Position numbers and translations under genes: made by a program
The notes under the pieces: model-generated
What the model was told of the DNA's origin: nothing
Databases searched by the model: none
The model's input: the letters and a program-made list of their open reading frames with translations, nothing else
In this document: positions 13,760-25,496 of the stretch, piece by piece
How the letters are laid out: the number at the start of each line of letters is the position of its first letter
How positions within the stretch are numbered: the first letter of the stretch is position 1
DNA from: Octopus vulgaris
Taxonomy: Eukaryota
NCBI GenBank assembly: GCA_951406725.2
Contig: OX597819.1
Coordinates: forward strand, 115,134,001-115,198,000
Length of the DNA: 64,000 nt
Direction of reading: 5' to 3'

Positions 13760-15709
13760 CAAGGCAGCATGACTAAGAGGCTGGAAAGAACAGATAGAGC
13801 ATGAACAAGGGTGAGAGGACAAAAGAACTAAAAGTATAATAGAACAAACAGAATAATTTGAATAAAAGGTGTTAAAAGAGGGAATGGTAGAAAGACTGCT
13901 AATAATGATAATAAAAGGGGGACAGTAATAATGGGGGGTTATAATCTGGTAGCTGGTTCATGTCTTCTTTCTAACAAAAATTGAGTTTTTGCAAACTTTA
14001 ATTTGAGGCCTCTTTGATTCCCTAGGGTAACAGAAGAAAGGCACTAATGGCAGATAGTAAGAGAGAGGGTTAGTGATGGATAGTTGCAGAGATGCGTGAT
14101 TGTAAGAGAGTTTAATCGTCGTCATTTACAAGTTACCTGGAGGAGAGGGAGTGATGGATAGCAGTACACAAGGATGATAATAGGATGTATTGGGCAAAAA
14201 CAGATTTAATGCAGTACTTTGATACACAGGTATTTGATGGAGAAGAGAGTGAAATAGTGTGTTAACTATGGTAAATCAATCACTTAACAAGAAAGTCAGT
14301 GATTTTGTGAAATGTGTGGGAACTACAGCTTGACACTTGACAGTTTCATTCTCCTTTATGGACTGAAAGAAAATTTGTGACCATAGTACTCATTTCATTA
14401 CACATATCTGTGTATTGGTACTGTTGAGAAACTGACATTTGAAATTTTGTATCTCATTGTTATTAAAGTAGTTTTAAATGCCAACGATTTATCATAAATC
14501 TTTATAATCTTTTCTGGTTTGTTATTTTCTTAAGACATCCCCCAAAATAACTTTCCCATCCTTCATTTTTAATATCAATGTGTCTGATAAACTGCTTCTA
14601 CATTTTCCCTTCCAACCATAAATCTTAGAGACATACCTATAATGCCCTGTATGGTACATCTAGCATCACATTACAATGTATCAGAGGAAAAGATATCTTT
14701 GATTCATAATTTTCTTGAGTTATCTACCTGGGTGCCATTGTGTACAATAAATCCATACCGAGCCGAAGTCAAAGGTAAAAAAATAAAGGTTTGATAGTGA
14801 AGCAAAATCTAAAGAATTTAATAGCTACTTTTGTATTGTGTACACAGCTCATTACAGGAGATAAGTTTGACCAATATGCAGTATAACTTCGTTATAACTT
14901 ACCATATTACATTTACTATTTGTGCTCTGACTCACATTTCATATGCAACATATCATAATCTCACTTGATGAAAATCTGTCAGTGATGGAATGTTATATGG
15001 ATTTGTGCTTTGCCCTCTGTTAATAAAATTCACTATGTACAATGTACATAGTGAATTTTATTAAGTTATTTGACACTAGATGCTACCTTCTTATATTTAA
15101 ACAATTCATTATAAAATTCATTGACAACAGATTAATTAGTAATGTGATGGCTTGCTGCAAATAAAGTATATTTGAATACATCCAAATCATAGTATGTTCT
15201 AACTCTTAACTTAAAAATGAAAGTTTATAGATAGATATTTAGTACAGCATTTCTCAAAGCTTCTGAGATACCCAAAGGTTTATGAAAAATTTCAGGAGTT
15301 TTGTGAGATTAGTTGTCTTTTGATAGAATTTAAAAGAAAATTATTTTATATTACCATTTTCAAAACAAGTTTTTTTTTATGTCTCTAAAACAATGTTTAG
15401 TTTATTTAATGTCTTATTAGAATTAGGGATTGTTTATAGCATAATATGAGTATGGGTTCCATGACAAAATAAATTTGGGAACCACCATCCTAATAGAGTT
15501 AATCATCTTGGAGTCTTTATTAAATGAAATCTTGAATTGTGTTCTTGCAATCACCATTCTCGTTTAACATCTATTTTCCATGCTGGCATGGGTTGGACAG
15601 TTTGACAGGTCTGGAGAGCCAGCGGCTGCACCAGGCTTCAGTCTGATTTGGCAATGTTTCTACAGCTGGATGCCCTTCCTAATGCCAATCACTCCCAAGA
15701 GTGTAGTGG

Positions 15710-16100
15710 GTACTTTTTACATGCCACTGGCACAGGAGCCAGTCAGGTGGGCCTGGCATCGACTATGTTCGGATGGTGCTTTTTACAGGCCACTGGCACG
15801 GGGGCCAGTCAGGTGGGCCTGGCATCGACCATGTTCGGATGGTGCTTTTTACGTGCCACTGGCACAGGTGCCAGTCAGGTGGGCCTGGCATCGACCATGT
15901 TCGGATGGTGCTTTTTACATGCTACTGGCACAGGTGCTAGTCAGGTGGGCCTGGCATCGACCATGTTCGCATGGTGCTTTTTATGTGCCACTGGCATGGG
16001 AACCAGTCAGAGGACACTGGCATCGACCACATTTGGATGAAGCATTTTATGTGCCACCAGAATGGGAGCTAGTCAGGGAGCACTGGCCACAGCTACAATT
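15710..16100. repeat. 66-bp minisatellite, about 6 copies, inside an interspersed repeat (~15555-16550; relative at 501-630)
   Basis: GCCACTGGCA-like unit starts at 15723, 15789, 15855, 15921, 15987 and 16053. Confidence 0.88.
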
Positions 16101-16804
16101 TTGGTTTTACTTGATTCAATAGGTCTTCACAAGTATATCACCTGATGTATCAGGGGTACTCTTAAATGGGCCGGACATGCAACACTGTCATTGGCTATGG
16201 CTGTGATCTCACTTTAGTTGCCAGGTCTTCCTAATCACAGCATATCACCAAAGGTCTCAGTCTCCTGTCATTGTCTCTGTGAGGCCCAATGTTTGAAGGT
16301 CATGCTTCATGAACTCATCCCGTGTGTGTCTACCCCTTCCACAGTTAGGCATGGGTTGGATAGATCTACTGTGGAGTGGCAAGCCAAGAGCCTGCTCCAG
16401 GTTCCAATCTGATTTGGCAAGGTTAGATGCCTTCCTAATACCAACCACTCCAAGAGTATAGTGGGTGCTTTTTACATTCCACTGGCACAGGGACCGGTCA
16501 GGTGGCACTGGTATCAACCATGCTCAAATGGTGCATTTTATGTGCCACTGTCTTGGACAATCACTGGGTGACCTCTTCATGCATTTGGGCATTGTTCAAA
16601 GGGATGTTTCCCTAGTAGCAGAATTTTAGCACACCATTTAGAGGAGTATTATCTATCATCACACACACATACATATATGGTAGCTATCTGTTCCTTGCAG
16701 AGTTTGACCTCTTGTATCTATAATTGCTCTTTGCTAGCTTGAGCTCTTAAACAACTTTTCAGCCCTGAAAGGCATTTGAAGAGCTTTCTTGATTTTTTTT
16801 TCTT

Positions 16805-17173
16805 TTCTTGTTTCAATCATTTCACTGCGGCTGTGCTGGAGCACTGCCTTTAGTTGAACAAATAGACCCCAGAACTTCTTTGTAAATCTATTACTTATTG
16901 TATTGGTCCCTTTTGCTGAACTGCTAAGTTACAGTAATGTAAACACACCAACATCGGTTGTCAAGCAATGGTAGGGGGACAAACACAGACACAAATACAT
17001 ATGTATATATATATATGATGGGCCTCTTTCAGTTTCCATCTACCAAATCCAATTACAAGGCTTGGGTCAGCCTGAGGCTATAGTAGACACTTGCCCAAGG
17101 TACCATGCAGTGGGACTGAACCTGGAACCATGTGGTTGGGAAGCAAGCTTCTTACCACACAGTCACTCCTGCA
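16805..17173 (-). mobile_element. tRNA-derived SINE, family 2
   Basis: Reverse-complement similarity to 10841..11214. Confidence 0.75.
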
Positions 17174-18195
17174 CGTGTTCACATATACTGCAGCAATGTC
17201 TCATTTCAGCATTGGCTTCATTTTCCACTTATTGATTATGAATGTTCAAAGTGCTGCTTCAATCCTCTTCATGACTTGCAGATTTCTTGACAGATATTGC
17301 ATTGAAACTAGTCATTGAAAATAAAATTCTATTAGTTCTTGTATGCTTTACCCATATAGGCTCATAGGTGTGAGATATGCATGCTTTTGTGCAAAAGGAA
17401 CACCTAAAGAAGGAATGAGAAACTCATGCAATGTTATTGATATTAATTTAGTTTTTATGAAATTTTCTTTATATTTCAGCATTCTTAACTGTTGAGCTCA
17501 AAATCTTTAATGTGAGGCCAAATAGATCTCTTATAGGCTTAAACACACTAATTAGGTTCTATAAGCCTTGTTCAGTGTGACCCACTAGGTCACAATCATC
17601 TGCATATAAAAGATCACACATCAGAGAGATAAAGACCATGGGTTTAAAGTTCATTCTTGTCATATATATATAATGGATTAACTTCTATCCTGTCTCTCAG
17701 TATTTCATGTGTATCAATGATGTTTATGGTGTCTGAAATTCATGTTTCTAAGGTGTTATATGTATGGCTGTATATATACATATATGTGTGTGGATCTTGC
17801 AGAAGAGGCTAGGCACTCAAGTATATATGGGGCAAAGTTGCATGTGATTGTAAAAAGATTAGAATAACTGATATGAGGTTCTGAAGAAGACATGCTCTCA
17901 TTGGCAAAACTTTGAGTTCTGGTTGAGCTGCATGTTTTTTTTTGTGTGTGTGTGTGTGTTTGTGTGTATCTGTGTATATGTGTGTATCTGTGTATATGTA
18001 TGTATATATATATAAAGTTAATCCAAACATGAAAGCACAAAAAAACACAACAACGTGAGGACGTGGAACAAATATAGCATTATTGGATGCTCAGGAAAGA
18101 GGGGAAGAAGGAGGGCTTAGCGTTTCGAGCGGAGCTCTTCACTGGAAACATAGAAGGGAAGACAGAGGAAAAAAAATCGCCAACGGTACACACGC

Positions 18196-18240
<45 letters not shown>

Positions 18241-19180
18241 GCCCAACTAGGCCCTTTCTTCCAATTTTTCCTCCCTCAGGATATCCTCATTGCTTCCCTT
18301 ACTGCAGCCCTTTCTCACTACCAAGAAACATTTCACTCATTATCCACCCTTCACCTCCTTAATACCTTCATCAAGAGTTTCACTGATCACCTCCCCACAC
18401 GAAATCAGCAACTCTCCTTCTCAACCATCATATGTTGCTCACCCTCATGCACTATGCCTGCCTTTCTCTTCATTACCCATTTTTGCAATCTACCCAACAT
18501 CATTCCACTGTAGTTCATTGCTGTTCTGCTGCTCAGTGCTATTATCTTCTACTCCCTACTCAACTCATCACCATCTGGCTCCACTTCATCACTCCCACCA
18601 TTTTAAAAATATGATTAGTCATGTGTCCCCTCTACAGCAAAAAATATTTTCTGTTCTGACCCTTTTTCATACTTTTACCCATCTTTTTCCAATCGTCTCT
18701 CAACACAAGGTTGCTATGATTGATGAAGAGATACTTGGTCTAGTTGTGGTATTTTCAGTAGGTACAGGATTAGAGTTTGATCAAGATAAATATTCCCACT
18801 TAATTGTAAAACTAGAAATTTCAGCTCAGTTTAGCAACACCTCTATCAGTGACTATTTCACCTATATTCAATGAAGAATTCTATAGGTACCTAGGGATGT
18901 ATGAAAATATATCCGTTTATGTCACTCACAACAAGGAATACATAACTATGGTATTTTACAAAGGGATGAAAAAATACCAAGTTTTTTTACATATAGTAAA
19001 CAAGTACTAGTACTCACTCCAACATTTAAGTTATTCAGCTGAATACTGGATGAAATTGGTGCCATTGATATTAAAAGTTAAAACAAAAACAAGAAAACTA
19101 TCACCAGAAATGTCTATGTCAACGGTGATAAGCATCGATGGGTATTAAATGAACAAATGTGCATACATGAGGCAAATATT

Positions 19181-20030
19181 ATAATATAATATAATGAAAT
19201 TATTGTATACAGTGCTCAGGTGCACCACAACTTGTCAGAAAGTGTGTATAAAGTATATGCAGTAATGTACAAATGTCTGGAAAATGAACAATGTATGAGT
19301 CAGATACATGCTTGTGTGTGTATGGAGGGGAGAAAATCAGGTGTAGTGTTGGCAAATCTCAGAAAGCATGGAAGTTTTGAAGGATGCAGTGCTTCGACAA
19401 CTAACAACTGATGCCGGCAGTTTGTTCCATGCTTCAGCAACTCTCAGCGTGAAAAAATGTTTCCTAAAGTCAAGGGAGCTATGCTGTTTTCTGACTTTGT
19501 AAATATGTCCATGGGTGTTAGACAGGTGGAGTTTGAAAAGGTGCTCAGAGTTATTGTTATAATAGCAGGAAAGAAGCTCCTCAGAAAATATTCCGCGATA
19601 TGCATCCAGAGAGGCTGCACAACAGCAAAGAAGATAAAGAAAACCATTAGAATGGCATACTGATTATCAAGAGTCATGCTTGACTATGTTTCGAGAAAGC
19701 ATTAGGTGTAATTGTAACTTAAATTTGGCTAGAGGAATTTATCTTCCTTTAAGAACTGTTATATTAGCTCCCATTTTGAAAGGTATACTTTTACAATCAA
19801 AGAGCAGGACAGAATAACAAAACACTTAATGCACAAAAGGGATAGGTATCCAATTGAAACAAATTGTTGACAATTGGTGCATGCTCTGTGGAATTACAGA
19901 GACGATAAATTTGTTAGGTGCTGCCAATAATTTGTTCAGTATGTTTTCAGCATAACGGTCCAATATTATATGTACATAGAATAAGATAGGAATAAGGAAC
20001 GTGGTGAAGTAGGTAGATAGCCTTAAAATT
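19181..20030 (-). mobile_element. CR1/L2-type LINE fragment
   Basis: Reverse complement of the same 3' end, (ATT)n tail at ~19181-19195; left and right limits approximate. Confidence 0.62.
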
Positions 20031-20055
20031 TAATAGCTAAACTAATTCTCATAAA

Positions 20056-20334
20056 CAATTGCAGCGTGGAAGGTGTTTATAAGCCATTTAAGAAACACAC
20101 AAAACCATTAGATTCACTTCAACATTTAAATTTAATTTGTAAAAATATTTTCGTCACTTTGAGACCGCGACCTGTTCGCTGACAATATTTTGACAAATTA
20201 AATTTAAATGTTGAAGTGAATCTAACAGTTTTGTGTGTTTCTTAAATGGTTTATAAACACCTTCCACGCTGCAACTGTTTTCGTTCCAGCACACGATCTC
20301 AGATCAAGTCACTTGCTATGCAAGTACATCTCCG
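20056..20334 (-). mobile_element. Fold-back element with 13-bp TSD
   Basis: TSD TAATTCTCATAAA at 20043 and 20335; ~90-bp inverted arms plus a 60-bp unpaired tail. Confidence 0.75.
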
Positions 20335-20364
20335 TAATTCTCATAAAAACTGCTTAAAATGTAA

Positions 20365-20600
20365 AGGGAGATTACTCATCATACATATTTTTCCAGAAGT
20401 GGCCACAAGAGGCGCCACCACCCAGAAGTGAAATTTATTCCTGTTCGCGCACTCGCTTTCTTGTAGAAGGTTGGATTAAATATTCCAAATGTCTCATTCA
20501 TACGCAACGAAAGTGTAGTGAGGTTTGTGCTGATCTGGTTGTTTAACTATGTACAGAGTTGAATGAAAAAGAAAATAAGACAGTGCTCTGGTAAGGTAAT
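20365..20600 (+). promoter_or_regulatory. Conserved promoter module and putative non-coding exon 1 of ZNF gene 3
   Basis: AGGGAGATTACTCATCA at 20365, GGCGCCACC at 20411, CAGTGCTCTG|GTAAGGTAAT donor-like site at 20591. Confidence 0.62.
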
Positions 20601-21703
20601 TTCCGTGTGATATTATTAATGTAGGCAGTTATTAGATTTGTTAGCTTACAGATATATCTTACCGTTGTTAACGATGTTTTAATGGTGTACTGATGTTAAA
20701 CATTGTTATGTACTTGCCAATGTTCTGATCTAAAATAAACCTCAACAGACAATACCGTCACGAAGAAATATGGATGTCTAGAATGCAATAATTTTTCAAG
20801 TGATTCCCAATTATTGACTTGGTTACATCATTTATTTGATAAAGTTAACCAAATAAGTCTAACCCTTAGTATAATACATATATCTATGTCCACCTATAAT
20901 ACATGCAAGAAACGAACAAAGGATCCGCCACATGTATGCTCGATATACGAGAAACAGTAGCCAGATTCCCTCACATCACACACAACTTCAGAAAAGAAGG
21001 ACCGTGAAGTAATAGGTGAATTATGCTGAGATATGATGACTGGTTGGAAAGTCTTCGATACCAGTTGTGTTCGTCGATCTTTCCTATCATAGCTAGTCTA
21101 GTTTTAAGGACAAAACAGCTTGAAAAGAAGTTATACAATATGGTATTAATTTGTTGAGTGGTTGGCGGAAGAATACTTTTTTTGATGCTGTGCTGCGGCC
21201 AGTTGGCTGATGACCTAATTTCCGCATCGGTTTTGTTAGGACTTTTGTTTTTATTTCGGAAGAAAAAAAAAAATTCTGTATATATTTTTTTATGAGGTAT
21301 AATTCAGGAATATTTAAATTATTGATTTTTTTTAAATGTAAGTTTTGAACACATTTTATATTTATTTAGGCGGAGAAAAAAAAAAGAAAAGAAAAAAAAG
21401 GACATTATTCAGAGTGGTATTATTAATAGGATAACAGGAAATTAAGTGACGCACAGCTGAAATAGTCAAGTGGTGAATCTCTCAGCATCTTGTTTCTCGT
21501 TTGACACAAGCCAGCGAATTCTTGTTAATTTTTATGAGGTGAAAAATATAATATTCAGTCCTATTATTTAACGGTCAACTACAAAGAAGTGTAACTTTTA
21601 TTCGTCGAACTAGTCAGATCGTGTCTTCCGATCCAAGTTGTTATTCCTTTATGTGTTCCATCCTAAACGTTGTGGCCATGCTGGAGCATCAGCATTTGAA
21701 CTG

Positions 21704-21808
21704 AAATGCCTACGGTATTTGGGTTTCTCCAGCGGTCACATATCTAACTATTAACTAGACTTGACGTTGCTTAACTTCAGTGATCGGAAGAGAACTTTCA
21801 AACGTGAT
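21704..21808 (-). pseudogene. 5S rRNA pseudogene or fragment
   Basis: Minus strand GTTCTCTTCCGATCACTGAAGTTAAGCAACGTC...GTGACCGCT...CCGTAGGCATTT follows the eukaryotic 5S sequence with many substitutions; 5' end missing. Confidence 0.75.
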
Positions 21809-22123
21809 GTTTTTTTTTTCCTTAAAAGTTGAGAAATTATTCAATCTGGGTTGGAGACAAACGTAATAAAAGTGAGGTAAAATTCGATAAATTATTTAAT
21901 TCCGTTGAACAAAATGAAGTTGCACACGGCTAACCCCTCATTCCCGGTGACTAGGTGAGTTTACAGAGAAATTTGTTCTTTTACAACACAAGAACTTCTC
22001 TCTCAATAGTCTCCAAGATGGGTCGTGAAATGCTTCGTTGTTCATCTTGAGACCATTGGTTCTTGAATTCATTGGTCCAGCCATATAGATTTTTTTCACA
22101 TTGCTTGGTTGAACTAGTTCATA

Positions 22124-22297
22124 AAGTGGCTGTGTGGTAAGTAGCTTGCTAACCAACCACATGGTTCCGGGTTCAGTCCCACTGCCTGGCATCTTGGGCA
22201 AGTGTCTTCTGCTATAGCCCCGGGCCGACCAATGCCTTGTGAGTGGATTTGGTAGACGGAAACTGAAAGAAGCCTGTCGTATATATGTATGTATATG

Positions 22298-22328
<31 letters not shown>

Positions 22329-22540
22329 TTGTCCCTCTAGCATTGCTTGACAACAGATGCTGGTGTGTTTACGTCTCCGTCACTTAGCGGTTCAGCAAAA
22401 GAGACCGATAGAATAAGTACTGGGCTTACAAAGAATAAGTCCCGGGGTCGATTTGCTCGACTAAAAAAAGGTGGTGCTCCAGCATGGCCACGGTCAAATG
22501 ACTGAAACAAGTAAAAGAGTAAAAAGAGAGTAAAAGAGTA
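22124..22540 (+). mobile_element. tRNA-derived SINE, family 2
   Basis: Same head and core as 10841, internal (TA)n and a (GTAAAAGA)n tail. Degenerate relatives at ~24850-25015 (-) and ~44945-45110 (-). Confidence 0.8.
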
Positions 22541-22847
22541 ACAAAAGAAAAATTATTAGTTGCGAAAGCAAAATGGATTAGCATATAAGGTTGTGTGTTG
22601 TGAAAGGAAATTGGAATGTTTTGGCCAGGGTCATTGATAAGGTGCATATTGGAAGGTTGTCAATAAGTTGAAATGTGTGAGGGAGATGGAGTGGGAATGG
22701 GGACATTACTAGAGAGAAAGGATGACCAGAGAGCCTCATAAGACAGAGTAAAAAAAAAATAATTGGATGAGTTAAAAAAAATTAACAGGAGTATATTTAC
22801 ATATACACATATGTACCCACTGAGATATGTATGTGTATGTTTAAATG

Positions 22848-23155
22848 GGTACTACTGAAGAAGAGTGGTCCTGGTGCGTGCACTCACGTACTCGTGCATC
22901 TGCGCCAGCTAGTCGTGTCTAGCCGATCCTACAACGACTACCTAGCAAAGTATATAAAACACAAAATAAATAATTTTTTTGCTGAAAGTAAATAATTTTT
23001 TTAAAACAAAGCAGATAAAACACAAAAACACAAAGTAAATTTTTTTTTAAACAAAGTAAATAAAACAAAAACACAAAGTAAGGATTGACTAGTCATGACT
23101 AGCTAGCACGCGTACACGAGTGCATGCACCGGGACCACTCTTCTTAAGTAGTACC
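22848..23155. mobile_element. MITE with 9-bp TSD (Merlin- or MULE-like)
   Basis: TIRs GGTACTACT(G/T)AAGAAGAGTGGTCC(T/C)GGTGC; TSD GTTTAAATG at 22839 and 23156. Confidence 0.85.
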
Positions 23156-23918
23156 GTTTAAATGTATGTGTGTGCAGAGAAGCATATAAAGACAATACAT
23201 ATAACATACAAAGAAGGAGAATGACACTGGTGATCTGTTAGCAAGTACTTTTTATAGTTTGTGGATTAGGTGGGACTTATTTGAGACAGCATCTTACAGC
23301 TTGATGCTCTTCCTCTGTCCAATCCTTGTTCGTCATGCAAGAGGTTTTTTGTTTTTTATTATTCCACTGATCTTAAAAGTGCAGAACAACCAGTTGTAAT
23401 ATCAGCAGAAAATGTAAACATCATATCACTGTTTTGCTATAGGAGTGACATGCAAATTTGGGAATGTCAATTTATATACACTAACTGGCCCTGTGCTGTC
23501 AAAAATGACAGCTAATTGTAGTATTTTGTATATAAATAAGGTACAAAATAATCACAGATACAAACATTCACATACTTCCCTTGTGCATGCACACACATAT
23601 ACTCTCACAGAATTGAAAAGCTGTTTGATTTTTCTTTTCAGCATTGAATATTCACCATCCCACTTCCATTGCATGCACACACTCACATCCCTTTGACATA
23701 TGCATACATATACTCACGCAGAGTTGAAATGCTGTTTGATTTTTTTTCACCATAAAACTTCCATCACTACCAAGTTTGCCAATCACCCCTTCCTTTCTCA
23801 TTCATATGTTGTGACAGAGAAATACACAAGGGTATTATTATAGTAGATACATGCATATATATGTGTGTATGTATAATATATATATATGTATGATATATGT
23901 ACATGTATGTATATATGT

Positions 23919-23955
<37 letters not shown>

Positions 23956-25496
23956 TAGTGTATAATATACACATATTGTTGTCACCCCCTTCAGTCATGA
24001 TAGACCATGGGATTGCACCTAGAAAGGTTGTTTATGGAACACTGATGTTATCCAAGGGAAAGGTAAAGGCCGATACAGCTTGGCACCAGTGATGTCGTAG
24101 CTCATTTATTAATGTGCAAGTGGCTGAGCACTCCATAGATACATGTACCCTTAACGTAATTCTTGGGAAGATTCAGCGTGACAAGGCTGGCCCTTTGAAA
24201 TACAGGTACAACAGAAACAGGAAGAAAGAGTGAGAGAATGTTGTGGTGAAAGAGTACAGCAGGGTTCACTATCACCCCCTGCCGGAGCCTCATGGAGTTT
24301 TAGATGTTTTCCCTCAATAAACACTCACAATGCCCAGTTTGGGAATTGAAACCGCGATCCTACGACCGTGAGTCCGTTGCCCTAATCACTGGGCCATTGC
24401 ACCTCCACATATTACACATATACACATATATATATATGTGTATGATACATGTATATATACATATGTATAATATATATAATATATATATATATATATATCA
24501 ATCATCATTTAACGTCTGTTTTCCATTCTAGCATGGGTTGGATGGTTGAAGCATGACTTTTTGCTATTTAAGGATAACATTACAGTCAGTTTTATATCTT
24601 TGTCTTCTATCTGGTGGAATGATCTGTAATTACTCAAATGTATGTAATGAAATATTTGAAATATTAATCATTTGTTTTCTGTTCATTTCAACTTTATGTT
24701 GCCCTTGTTACTATGTAATACCTCAAGTCCATATTAAATTTACTTTTTTGATTGCATTTTATGAAACTGAAAGTTTAACATATGTGAAAACCGAACCCTA
24801 AATTTTATGTTAACTTGTGTATCTTATTGCAACCACCTGTGTGTGTGTATTACAGGCTTCCATACAGTTTCTATTTACCAGTTCTACTTACAAGGCATTG
24901 ATCAGCTCAGACCTGTAGTAGAAAACACTTGCTGAAAATACCACACTGTGGGACTGAACCTGAAGCCCTGTGGTTGGAAAGTGCAAACTTCTGAACCACA
25001 GACCCATTCCTATGCTTATCACTGCTCATAAACTAATGCTTCCTTTCTTTTATTTCAGGGTATACTCTTTTGTACCAGAAAACATTACAGTTCAACAATC
25101 TTGGCCGAGATAAATATATTTGCTTTTATCGATGGTTTTTAGGATAACAGTATGATAAACTTCCTTGGTTGCCAAGTAAGATAAGAGTGGCCATAATTAC
25201 AACTTAACTGATACAAAATATTACAAGTGAGCCATCTAAACTGAATATCAAGTAAGAGATTCGGTTGAAGAAGATATGCTTTAGTGTGGAATTTTGTTGG
25301 AATATTTGCATTTGATAGAGATTTCTGTTGCTTTTGTAAACATGTTCAAAGCCCAGCAATAAAATGTGTAATTTTCATTGTGGAAATACATTGCATTTAA
25401 AAATTGGTTCAAACACTAGAGAAACTTTACTAGTGTGATGTTAATGTGATAGCATTTTCTTGGAAGAGTTTGTTTTGTCTGCACACATGCTTTAAG

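Noticed and set aside
15710-16100. Regularly spaced repeats that could suggest a CRISPR array
   Set aside because: Whole units are repeated with no unique spacers, there are no cas genes, and the DNA is eukaryotic.
15580-16122. 180-aa and 130-aa ORFs with 22-aa repeats
   Set aside because: They are translations of the 66-bp minisatellite inside an interspersed repeat; there is no gene context.
18290-18874. 194-aa Ser/Pro/His-rich ORF
   Set aside because: Low-complexity pyrimidine-rich repeat DNA with a TTG start and no domain.
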